A stretch of DNA of 64,000 nucleotides from Bugula neritina (lineage: Eukaryota > Animalia > Bryozoa): NCBI GenBank assembly GCA_964035545.1, contig OZ037766.1:8608722-8672721 (forward strand). The letters run 5' to 3'. The position numbers were made by a program, and so were the translations under genes. Below the pieces are notes generated by a model that searched no databases, had not been told where the DNA came from, and saw only the letters and a program-made list of their open reading frames with translations. The number at the start of each line of letters is the position of its first letter. The first letter of the stretch is position 1. Below are positions 40,033 through 52,236 of the stretch, in pieces.

Positions 40033-41980
40033 CTAAAGAAACTTAGTCAAATAGTCCTGTATAATTGCTAATCCGTGTATGACAACATCCCCTGTTACTA
40101 GCCTCACTCTTATTTTAGGAATGACTTCCTAAACAAAAAGAAATCAAAGACATATTTCTTAATTTTGGCAGCTTAGTCTTTGAGAGCTTAGTGACAACTT
40201 CTAAGCTTTTGCTAAAAGAAATTGAAGTCAGTGATTTGAAAACATCATATAAGGATTGACAAAACATTGCCGATTTTTACACATTGCATTATAATATATT
40301 GACTGCAGATGGTATAATTTGGTAAAGTGTAGAGATTTAAAATATCTATCAGCTATTTGAGACCTTGTTGTAAATCTCTAAAACTGCATTATTATAAGCA
40401 ATGTTTTCATAGAAAAGCCATACTGTACACACTATCTAGATTTGGGTCATGGCTTCCATTTCACGTAAGCTATACCTGGAAGCCCTTGAATCTAACCTAT
40501 TGTAATAAAATTATTATATTACTAGACCAGAATAGATTATGCCAAACAAGCAACATTGGGAATGGCCAAAACCCTTGTCCAACAGTTGTTTCTAATCAAC
40601 AAACTTCACCATTTTGACATTTTTACAATTATGGTATGGTAGGGGTCTGAACCATGCATGGTATAGCAACCTTCTAAAAGCAGTCTAAAATTCATTAAAA
40701 ATTTGAAACCTAGCAATTCAACATTTCAGCATAATATATTTCAGATTTAGTAGAGTGCTGGCTAATACCTTCAACAAATTTTTAACAAGTATTATATATA
40801 TAAGCTGTATGAGCCACTGTTCAACATTTATTGTTGGACCCAATGCTTTCTGTATGACAGCAAAATTAAGGGTAATATTAGTAATTCAACAACTTTAAAC
40901 AAATTGAACCTTTCAGAATGATGATAATATCCAAATTTCTTTAAACTATTTTTTCTGCATCCTACTAAAAAAAATTGAACAAAAAAAAAGCATAAAGAAT
41001 TGACTTCCCGGCTATAAGTGTAACAGTGAGAAACAATGAGAAACAGTGAGAAACAGTGAGAAGCAATGAGAAACAGTGAGAAGCAGTGAGAACCAAATGA
41101 GTTCTTTGACAACAATTGGTAGCAACTTAAAATGATTGGCTGACATTTAAAAACCACAGTTCTCCCTATAATGTGCTGCTTGATTTTCAGTAACTTTTGG
41201 GGTTACATTAGCCATTACTAAAATTTTCAGAAGTCGTACATGTACAGCAAGACAACTATTATGTTAATGTTGTATTATATGCAATGGTGAGAATGATTGC
41301 ACCCACTTAGGTATGCTATCATCAAAAATACAATTATAATATTTCACAATTTCACCATAACATAACTATGACATATAAATGACCATTTCAACTATATTGA
41401 AATCATCTGAAGACTTACTATCAAATATTCCTCCAGCATGTCTGGTAATAATTGGTTTGGGTCATTTAACTCCTTAGATAGCTCTTCTAAAAATGCTTTA
41501 ACTGTCAATTCATTTGCCTATTATATAGATAAAAACTTGTAGTCAGGCCACAAACCAAGTTCTGTTATAAAGCAAACTATAGTGCAAGAGAAATCAGGAG
41601 CAGTGAAAATTTTGTTATTTAGTAATCAAAGGCATTGGGCATATTTGAATATAGAATGTAAATAGCCTATTGCATTATAAGAATATAAAATTAAACAATG
41701 AATTAGAAAGTGTCATAAACAAATACAGAATGCAATAGCTCAGTGTTATCAGGATTTGTAAATTATAATATACATTCACATGCATAATAATAACATAATG
41801 AATTACCAGTACTTGATGAATTAAGAGATTTACTCTATGCCGTACAAAGCGACAAGATGCACTTGTAGCTTTTTTTAGCAGAAATTCAAAATATTCTCTC
41901 ACAAAGTCAACATCTGCATCTTTAGGTGAGTTATCACTCAAGAGGTCAGCAAGAGTTACTTTTTTTCTATTGGCAGCCAT
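40033..41980 (-). CDS. Stand-alone TAFH (NHR1) domain protein, ~122 aa, 3 exons; TAF4 paralog
   Basis: Exons 41807-41980, 41419-41517 and 40033-40128, both introns phase 0 GT-AG: MAANRKK..DVDFVREYFEFLLKKATSASCRFVRHRVNLLIHQVL|ANELTVKAFLEELSKELNDPNQLLPDMLEEYLI|EVIPKIRVRLVTGDVVIHGL..KFL*. Aligns to the TAF4 TAFH domain with the same intron positions. An alternative upstream ATG lies at 42034. Confidence 0.75.
41024..41092. repeat. 10-bp tandem repeat (CAGTGAGAAA)n
   Basis: About 7 copies in intron 2 of the TAFH-only gene. Confidence 0.85.
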
Positions 41981-43784
41981 AGAGTTATTTGCAACTTCTA
42001 AATTAACAACATTAATTTGCTGAGGATGGTACATTGGCAATCATGTTCGATTGAGTTGCGGTTATTGATTCTGTTAAGTCTTTAATTTCAACCATAATTT
42101 AAACTGAAAGTATCAGATAATCACCAAAACGATGCTTAACCGGCACAATGAAAAGAAATATCTCTGGTCATTTGAATCAAGTATATCAATTTAATGATAA
42201 AACCGACACGTTTATAATATTTGCACATGTCACATTTATGACAGTTACCCAGCATAATAATGTATCTATTATGAATATATACAACCAAAATAATATAATA
42301 ATATATACAAGTTTAATAAAATCAAACTAGCCATCATTAATTTTCAATTCATTTATATTTTATTAAAATAGCTAGAAACAATATTACCTTTTTGAAAATT
42401 GCTTATTGCACGGAAATAACTTGCGATAAATTTAAAATCCTTACTTACATAGCTTTCACACCAGTAGAAGAAGATATTGCCACTGTTTTAAGGAAGTAAT
42501 AGAGTTGAATTTTTTCTTGGAGGCACATTTGACTTAAGTCTATTGCTTATATAGGCTCTACTCAAAAATGAAAGCTTAAGGTTAGCTACTCCATGCATTA
42601 ACCAGCGAAAGCAGGCATGAGCACAATTGTTGTATGCTTCTTATTCTTATAGCTATCGATATACTACCTGCATATTAAAACTCTTTGCAGTACACCAAAA
42701 CTTGGTGATTTAGTTATTTTGTTGGGTTATTCCCTCGAATTTGTACAATAATTCACCAAAATAACAACAGCTGCTCAAAAAATTCAAATATAATTAGCTA
42801 AATTGATATGGCTTGGATCATGGAATTGATAATAATTTTTAATTATTACCTTTTAGCCTAGAACTAAGTTATTTAGTGCAATATTCTGATATTGGCTATT
42901 CAACTGAGAACTGTTTTGTAAACTAATCTCCCTACATAGCTTATACTGTTGGAAATTAATCAAGTACCTTTTACACCAACTAATGACTTGATATAAAAAA
43001 GTAATTTACAGAAATGTAAAAAACATTCAATAGAAAAAAAATCTATTTTCAGTGAATGTCAAATTCTCAATACCTACCTAGATAAAAAAAAACTGTTATA
43101 GCTGTTGTAGTTTCATTATATCGTTTTATACTAGCATGTCTAGAAATGCTGTAGTTGTTTTGCAACAATGCTGAAAATAACTAGTGTTTTGCAAGTTTGG
43201 CTAAATAATATTATAGAGCTATTTATAAATGATAAATGCTTAGTTTGTACAACTACGTTTTAACATAAAAATTAGTGAAGTGAGGTTTGCTTAGAAAACT
43301 CATTTTACAATGTTACTTATTTTCACTTTTCTAGAATATTCTGGCAAGGTTCAAAATGGCGGAAGGTTATCGTGTTGCTTATATTTATTACAAATAATAT
43401 CAAAGATAGACATTAGAATAACTAATGCTAATAAATAAAATATATGTGGATGGAGACATACATTGATATATCTTTACGCTGCACAAAAATCACCAACTAG
43501 AAGTTTTAATTATAAAAGAAACAGAAATGAAACATTGTAAACTGGAAAACAACGAAGTTTCAATTGCCCTATCAGTATTAATGTTGCTAATATATTTTCA
43601 AAATACGTTTGCTAACTTGTAAATGAAACTTATAGACTTTGCAATTACATTTAGTTAAAATAAAGATAATTTAATACATTAATAACAAGATAGAGCCCAC
43701 AACATTCACTCATTGAGAGATACTAGACTTTAGCTTGATAAATATCAATAGCTGTAATTGATAAATCTTTCACTTAGTTTTTAG

Positions 43785-46700
43785 TCATTTTTTTTCCTGT
43801 TTTCTGAGTTGAGGCTGCACTGCCGAAGCTAAGAAGACAATCGCACCTACATATTGCACAACAGCCTTGTCTAACCAAGTAAACGTTCCTCTCTGAAAGA
43901 ATTTGGAGCCTTCTTGGCACTCGTAGAATCCAAGATGTCCTCCATGTTTGGTCACCACAAAAACAGCTTTTTTGTTGACTTCTACAAGAGAAGAAAATGT
44001 TTGAAATCCATGACATAGAACTTGTAACTACATAATGAAGAGAAGGTGACTCGCAGTTAGTTGTTGAAAGCAGCAAATTATACAAAAACACTCAGACAAG
44101 TTTATAGCAGCCATTCTTGTGAGAAACCCCTGATGGAAGAAAATTTTGTTAAATCGGGCTAAGGACTTATTCAGATGGGGCACAGGAGCATTTATGATTG
44201 AATGCACTTCCTAACATCACCAATGACCTTTACTGGGGCTTAAACCCATGACTTCTGCGTTTACTAGGCCAATACTTTAACCCCTAGACCACGGCTGCGC
44301 CCTAAGCAGCAAATAATATGGCAAGCATGAAATAGTAACCTGTATGGCGAAGAGGAGTGTCAAACATCTCAGGTGGAATCAGTGGATCATCTTTTGCATT
44401 AATGAACAACATAGGTATATCAATCTACAATACATCAAGCAGATGATATATTTTCCCCAAGGTACAGTTATAACACTTGATGCTTACACTGTTTACACAT
44501 CATTCAAGGTGAGAATATTTTCATTTGTCTATTATATTGAATAGTTTAAGTTTATAAGCAAATGATTAATTTTAGCAAGTGTGAAACTTGATTTGCTTAA
44601 GATTATGCACACAGTGCCATGCCTCTATTTTCGTGAGGGAGGTTAAAGCTGTGCTGAGCAAGCAACACCTGACATCACCAAGGACCTGCATAATCTTACT
44701 CTTATTAATTACCAACTATATCGGATGCTCCTACATTTTATATCATAACATTGACTAGAGTCTAATTGTTTTCTTTTGATCACTCCAAACTACACCAATC
44801 CTAATGATTTAATGCTGCAGGTACAGATTTCGTTTTCATATTTAAAGCAGAGCCCCCTAATCATATTATCATGTGCATTACTAAAACTTGAAAAATATAT
44901 TAGCTACTGAATAAACCTATTTTTCGGAGTTATGTGCTCAAGCAAACAGTTCGGATACACACGAATAATGACTGGCAAGCGTATAGTAATTAAGTATAAT
45001 TATGATTTGATTGTAATATATTATAAAGCATACAAACCCTATTCAGGTTTATTTCAAACTTAATTTCAAAATGATAAAAACTTACATCATGATCATGATT
45101 TTATTACTCATATCCAATTTACCCAAGGTAAAGAAATTAATTAGTATTGGAAAATTTTGGATAAAACAAAATATCCAAACAAGTTTCAGATGGCAAATTG
45201 GTGTTGCTTGCTAATAGAAAATTGCACTAAATATAATTTAATAACTCACTATAAAACACTAATGATAATAAAAACAATTGCAATTAGAATACATTATATT
45301 CATTGAGCAGTTATTGTATGTATAACATAACATCCAATAAAAACATGAGAAAGGGAAACTGTAGGTGTAACCTCAACAACAAAGAAGCAACATTTTATTT
45401 GCTGGATGTTATAGGTGGCTGTATTTGCCAATAATCAAATTAACAATAGCTTTGTCAACAACTTTTCCATAAATCAGGTTGCCCAAGCTCATGAATTATT
45501 TGAAGTTATATGCGGACAAAATGCATTATAAAATCAATTTGCATGGGAATAACTTAGAACCAATATCTTTGTAAAATTCATTGCTATATAAGTAAGCAGA
45601 ATGAAGCAGCCCTGCTTTAATAATTCATACCTGTGGGATGTAAAGGGAAGAACTAGATTGTCTATAATATTCTCTGTAGTCAGAATATCCAGCCATTTTA
45701 CTACAAGTAAAATATAATAGATTCATTAAAGTAAAAAGCCATGAATAAGGGCAATGAAATGAAACTTAACTAAAATGACATGCATATTATGATAGACATA
45801 CGCTAAAGATGAGTTCTCATCAACCAAATTTAAAGGCCAGTTAAAAGCTTGTTCACAATTTATTGTTTCACATGAATGTCAATATTGCATTTATTTACAG
45901 TGGCTGATAAATCACTGATAAGAAATACAGCCAGTGACAGGTACCATGCATACCAAAACATTTTCAATTTTTTTATCTATTGTAAAGAATAATACACTCT
46001 GTTATTGCAAAATGATTTTTCATGAAATATAATGTGAAAACCCCCAATAAAAAACTTTAAAAAGTTATCACAACTTCACAAGTATGGCCTTATTATTATC
46101 ATTTTTTTAAAAATATTTTAAAGAATTTAATTTTTTTTTCAAGGTATTGGAGCCCAGCTTATATTTAGCACCATCTACACTTAAAATTTACAAACTATCC
46201 CACACAGATTAAAAACCATTATTTCAACATATTAACAATAAGTCTATTGATCATCTGAAAAGTACACACCTGAGTAGAATGTCATCCAAATGTACCATGT
46301 TCAGTGAATACAGCAACTCCATTCTGCTTTGAATACCGAATCGGCTCAACTGCTCATCAGAGAGGAGTACACTCTGTAACAAATGATACTAATTGACTAT
46401 ATATGTAATTTGAGCTTTGATGGGGGGGAGGAGGAAGGTTAGAATGTACAAATAATAGGAAAAGTTGAACCAACTCTAAATGAATGAATGATATAATTAC
46501 AGTCCAAGCAAAGGGTTGAGATGCTATCACTATAAATAATATTTATTGAGGCCCTTTACAAAATTACAGTTTATGTTCTTGATTAAATGGTTTTGCCTCT
46601 CAGTAAACCCACCTGGAAGTTATGGAGCACCTTCTGCACACAGACACAAATAGCTCTGAGATAGGCCTTACCCATATGCTTCCATGACCCCATAATCTCC

Positions 46701-49049
46701 AGTGATCTAAATATTGGAATATGTTTCTAATTGAATACATATACACACAAAGTAGCTCTATTTATAACAAAGAGATTAGACTAATATGTGAAATATGCTT
46801 ATGGATTCTAAAACAAAATAAATATAACTCAAGTAAATAAAGACTTTAAATTATGGATTGACTTTTTCAATACTCATGTAACCTTTGCATATACATTAAT
46901 ATAACAGTTGAATTATTTATAAGCTAATAGATTAATAATTTACAAGATCAAGCAACTCTTTCACTGCCATCCCATGATTTGAATGGATTTACACGGGATG
47001 CTCCTACAGATGGACTTTTGGTTTCATTATGTGTTAACCTATGGTTGTGGTTTCATTCAAATGACACTGTCCACATGCATCAAATGAAAAATCCCTTTGC
47101 ACAATGCAAAGCATAGGGACGTAGTGTTTATGAAGTTTGATATCACAAAATTGTCTTAATGTGATTGAAAAAGGAATAAACCTTTTATAAAATGCTATAT
47201 ATTTTAAAATTTATATATTTGCAGGGCTGGGTCCAAATCACACTGACTGAGCACCTACTGATTAGCAACTAGCTAAACTATTGTTAAATTTGACAATATT
47301 AATGCTTAGCTAGTTGACACAACATGATATGAATATTTCAAATGAATAGCAAAAATATTAAAGAATGTAAAAATAAAAGAAAGCTAAATTTGTCTTTCAA
47401 CAGTCATACCAAGTGTTGATTAACATACAGAACCAGCAAATATGAATGACCAACTAGCATATTACATGTAGAGCTCACTTGAGTATATCATAGCCTTGGC
47501 AGCACGAAATACCGGCAACAAAATTTGCTCTCTGTTTTGAGCATTCGCCAAGGTATTTAGAAATAATATTCCCTCCCATACTAAAGCCAACAGCTATTAA
47601 TTTAGATTGTGGATACATTTCCTTGACCTTGTTAACCATCGCGCCATACTCCTCAGTACTACCTGTGAATAAAACAAGCTGCATTCATCTACTCAATCAG
47701 CCTAACCACTACTAACTGTCTCTGCAATCTGCCAGAGAATAAATAGATAAAGAGCCATTAGTCTGAAATATCTCAGAGTTATGTACAGAGCAAATATAAT
47801 AGGCATGCAGCATTATCTGATAAAACACGGTAGGGCACAGGCTGTGGTATTTACTTGACAGTTTTTAAAACAATATTACGAAAATACTTGACTTGACTAC
47901 AGGGATGCCAGTAGAATCAGATATTGAATGTATTCAACAGCATATTCATAATATCATACATATTTTGATGAGCTCACCATACGTGAATATCCTGCTTGTA
48001 GTAAGAGGTATACTTGGTATTATTCCCAAGTGATTTAACACAGCAACTCTATAACCATATGAATTAGCATGGTGAGAGAAAGCTCGAAGAGCCACCGTCT
48101 CACTTGAGTTACCAATTCCAGGGCATACCACAAGGGTGACATCTGCAATATAGGAGTTCCATGACTTTTAATAATCTTTACAACAAACTAAATCCTGCAC
48201 AAATTTCAACAGGAATTAACGAAAAATCTAGGCATCATCTTAAAAATACACACACCTTCAGTTGACACTGCACCAGTAGGAGGTTGGAACAGGTCAAAGG
48301 TCAGCATGCTGCCATCAGAAAGAAATAGGGTGTGACGACTATCGCCTTTCACACGAGGTGTCTTATGCCGGCTAAAGGTACTGTGAATAATAGTTTGAAG
48401 ATGTCCACTTCTGCCCCATAGCAATGGAGGTATGTACCTAGAAAGAAAGCAAGGAGCTCAGTATGCTTACTTCTACACACTTGATCTATTCAATTTTTGT
48501 GATTTCAATTTAACGCTGCATAAAACTATGATGAACACAAAACTTTCTACTGGCAAAAGAATATCATTTAGGAAGTTGTGGTAAAAAACTTTAAAACAAT
48601 TAAGATATATATCGATGCTTCACATCAACTCTGAAAGAGAAAGATAAACATTGACTTCCCTTACTTCAAACATTTTGCTGAGTTCCGATAAAGTAAATAA
48701 AAAACATTAGTAAACCTATAAGATCTAACTGGGTTTTAATTTCACACAAGGAAACACAACAAATTTAAAATTTATACACATTTTATATATAAGCTTACGG
48801 CTTTGAAAATATAGGAGCTCGTTTTAGAATTTGAGTGACAAAGCTATCATCTGAAGAGTTGTCGGCTTTATCATTTGTAGCATCTGAAGTGAACCTCCAA
48901 GTGAACTCTGCACCATTAACAAATAGTTCTGGCCACTCAGCACAGCTGTTGACATGCAGAACTCTAATGCATGACACAATTATCACAAAAAGACAAGCTA
49001 TGAAATATGGGAATTCAATCATTCTGCTTGAGTTTAGACTATAACTCAT
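43785..49049 (-). CDS. ABHD2: Alpha/beta-hydrolase ABHD2-like (monoacylglycerol lipase), ~9 exons
   Basis: N-terminal TM segment, YIPPLLWGRSGHLQT, CPGIGNSSE, GYRVAVLNHLG, nucleophile GFSMGGN, NAKDDPL (Asp) and HGGHLGFYE (His). Stop at 43785-43787; start ATG at 49049 or 49022. Confidence 0.9.
44100..44302 (-). mobile_element. tRNA-derived SINE, copy 2 (ABHD2 last intron)
   Basis: The reverse complement begins GGGCGCAGCCGTGGTCTAGGGGTTAAAGTATTGG..GGGTTTAAGCCCCAGTAAAGGTCATTGGTGATGTTAGGAAGTGCATTCAATCATAAATGCTCC, homologous to 620-808. Confidence 0.85.
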
Positions 49050-49299
49050 CCATAGCCATATCAATTAAGAGCTTGGCCTAAAACATATAAAAACAAAGTT
49101 ATTACCATTGAATTTACAAAATATATTAAGTACAATTCAATATATCTAAAATTAAGCAAATGTAGCAATATTCAAAAGAGACTAAAAACAACACATGCAA
49201 TTACATTACTACAAAATAAGCTGTTAAAATATTTGTTAAATTTAAGATCCAGTTGCAGATATGCAAAAATTTAATGGCTCCGAATGATCATCGCTGACT

Positions 49300-50620
49300 G
49301 GGTTATCATTGTTGTCATGGTTCATGAGCATCAGTATGGCCATCACAATGATCATAACAGTACCAGTATGAGTTTCAACTTAGTATCAGTATGATAGAGT
49401 CAGTGAGTATGATACTGATAGTAATAGTCATACTGATACTGAGCATCACTGTAACTATAAGTAAAATAATTACCTAAGATTTTTACTATTACATTTACCA
49501 TTACTGTGTTGGTACTTGGTAATACTATTAGTCTATTACTATAAGTATAACTATTAGATTTACTTTTAGCATTACCATTAGTACTAGTTTATAAGTTTTA
49601 CTATTACTATTAGTATTAGTAATACTGTTATTATTAAGCATTAGCCTTAGAATGTTATTGCAGTACTAGTAGTAGCTGTGACACTAGTGCAGATATAATT
49701 TGAGATTAATTTTTATTTCAATGGCGATTTTCAAGTATTTTATTTGAACTGCATGCAATTGCAGCTCATTTTCACAGTGATATGACAGTCATTGTCACTC
49801 TGCTAGTGAGTGTGACTCTTGGTAAAAATTGAAAATATCATAAATAATTATTAATTATAACATAGACTGATAAAGTTAAACTGTAATGTTTCTGATAAAT
49901 TATAATATGAATATTACATGTAAGTAGATTTTAAAAATTTCAAACAGTAAAAAGCTAACAGCATATATGATATAGCATATAATAGTAATCATCATATACA
50001 AATATTAATAATTATAATAATATACCAATTGGAATATAATTATGATTGATTATGATTATCACTATGACTACGAGTATCACTATCGGTATGCTCATAGTCA
50101 TTAATATCAATATAAATATCCAATTTAATATACATATAAACGCCTGTAGCTATTGCTATTAGTATTAGTATTACTATTAGTATTAGTATTAGCATTAGTA
50201 CTAAAATACCACTATTACTACTACAGTACACTGTACAACTAGTATTACGTCTACAGGTATTAGTGCTACTAGTACTAAAGTACGAGTTGATGATCAGTTA
50301 CAGTACAACTCATACCGATGCTCAAAGATTTAGAAGTACAGCTACAACTACTACTAGTAGTAGTACTGTACTAGTACTACAAATACATGATCAGTCTGAA
50401 TATCAATATGAACAACTTTACTTATTATTGAAAATGAAGATCAGATTCAATAAATTATCATCATTATCATAATTACATTATACTTTATAATAAACTGTTT
50501 ATAGTCATAGTGATAGTCATAGTGATAGTGAATCTGAATGTCAATGTCAAACTCAAAGTCAATCACAATGTGATACTGATAGTGATAATTATCATTTCAA
50601 TTTATATTTAATCTTCATCA
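49300..50620. repeat. 6-bp periodic domain in the ABHD2 5' region
   Basis: ACTGAT AGTAAT AGTCAT ACTGAT ACTGAG (~49414) and AGTATT AGTATT ACTATT AGTATT AGTATT AGCATT (~50161). Confidence 0.85.
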
Positions 50621-51397
50621 TTACCAAGTGAAAGACCAATGGCACTAGGCAATAGCAAATACCATTATGACAATGATTATCCGAACTTATCGTAAAACAA
50701 AAATTGATATCATGGCGTTAAAGCAGTTGCAGAAGTTTCATGAACACGCCATACTGATACTGACCAACTACGTCCATTCTTTCCAATAACCGACATGAGA
50801 AGATACATCGGCAAGCCGAATGATTAAATTACAGCGGTTTTCCGTTAACATGTTGGAGACAACTCTAAATCCAAATTTTTAAATTTGTTTCTTGTGAACA
50901 ATGATATTGTTAAATATCAAAAGTATTAAATATCATCAATCTATCAGCTATTAGCTCTGCAGACCATTACTCTACTCATTTAAATATAAAAAAAAACAAA
51001 TGGCTAATTAAACGCATGCCCATGGCAATGCATGTTTTATATTTGCACATCCATATTTCAACACACATATTATTCAAACTGGATTAGTAAAGAAAGCAAA
51101 ATTATATTTAATAGAAAATAATTGGTAAATTATTCGGTTTTCTATTAAAAATGGGTATAAATAGAGAGATCAATCTTCTATATAATGTTTTTGTTTAAAG
51201 TATGTAATTAATTGATACATCGTAATAAGTGTGAGAAGAAAATTCTTGCAAGTCTAATATATTTTTTAGAAATAAAAATCATTTCTTTCATCTTGGTAAA
51301 AATACAAAACTTAAAGAATACAGAAAATAAAGCTAGATAAAATAAAGCTAGATAAAAAACTATTTTGATAGAACAAAACTGTATAGAAGATTTATAT

Positions 51398-52176
51398 TCA
51401 GGTATCTATGTCGGCACCCTCGTCTAACATATCACTAAGTAATAAAGGTCTTTTATCACTTTTTTCCAGTTCTAATGAAACAATTTTTACTTCTTTGGAG
51501 TTTTGATATATTTCTTCTGGAGATTCTGGTAAAGGACGACCCAGGGTTTCAGGCAATAACAAACAAAGAACTCCAGCTATGCATCCCACAACACCAAACA
51601 CCACAAAATGTGCATTGTGGTATATATTATTTAGATTCACAATCAATGGGGCCATAACTCCGCCAAGTCGATTTGCCACAGAAATGACACCTAATCCAAG
51701 ATTCCTAAAATGTAGTGAATATGGTGACCAAGGAAGAATTATATTTTCACATATGGTTATTCTACACTGCAATGGTAATATTTTAAACCTAAATAGAAGC
51801 CACTTTGGAGTTATATTACCTTTGTGTCACCAACATACCTTACAGGAGTTGGGTATAGTTCCCCAGCATGAACATATATTGTAGCAAAAGCAGCACATAT
51901 AAACAACTTTCCAGCACATGCTAATCCAGTGACAACTAATGTGTTTCCTACAGCAAAGAATAATATAGACACATAAACAAATCTGAGCTTTACTACTCAC
52001 AAGAAGTAAACTGCTTACAAATTATACTATGGTAAAATTTAAAATGGCAAACAAATCTTATTATACATCAATATTGATAATTTAATTTTTTATCTAGAAA
52101 AAAAGACACACCAGTCAATAAATATAATGCACAATGGTAATGGTATATATTACTGCAAAACTCTACCCATTTAATA

Positions 52177-52236
<60 letters not shown>

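Noticed and set aside
44690-45000. Helitron/MITE-like remnants (also ~19840-20780 and ~60470)
   Set aside because: Only vague terminal resemblance, and no second copy in the window.
46613-46706. Apparent 16-nt intron (GTAAGG..CTCAG) in ABHD2
   Set aside because: Too short to be an intron; the region reads through in frame as one exon.
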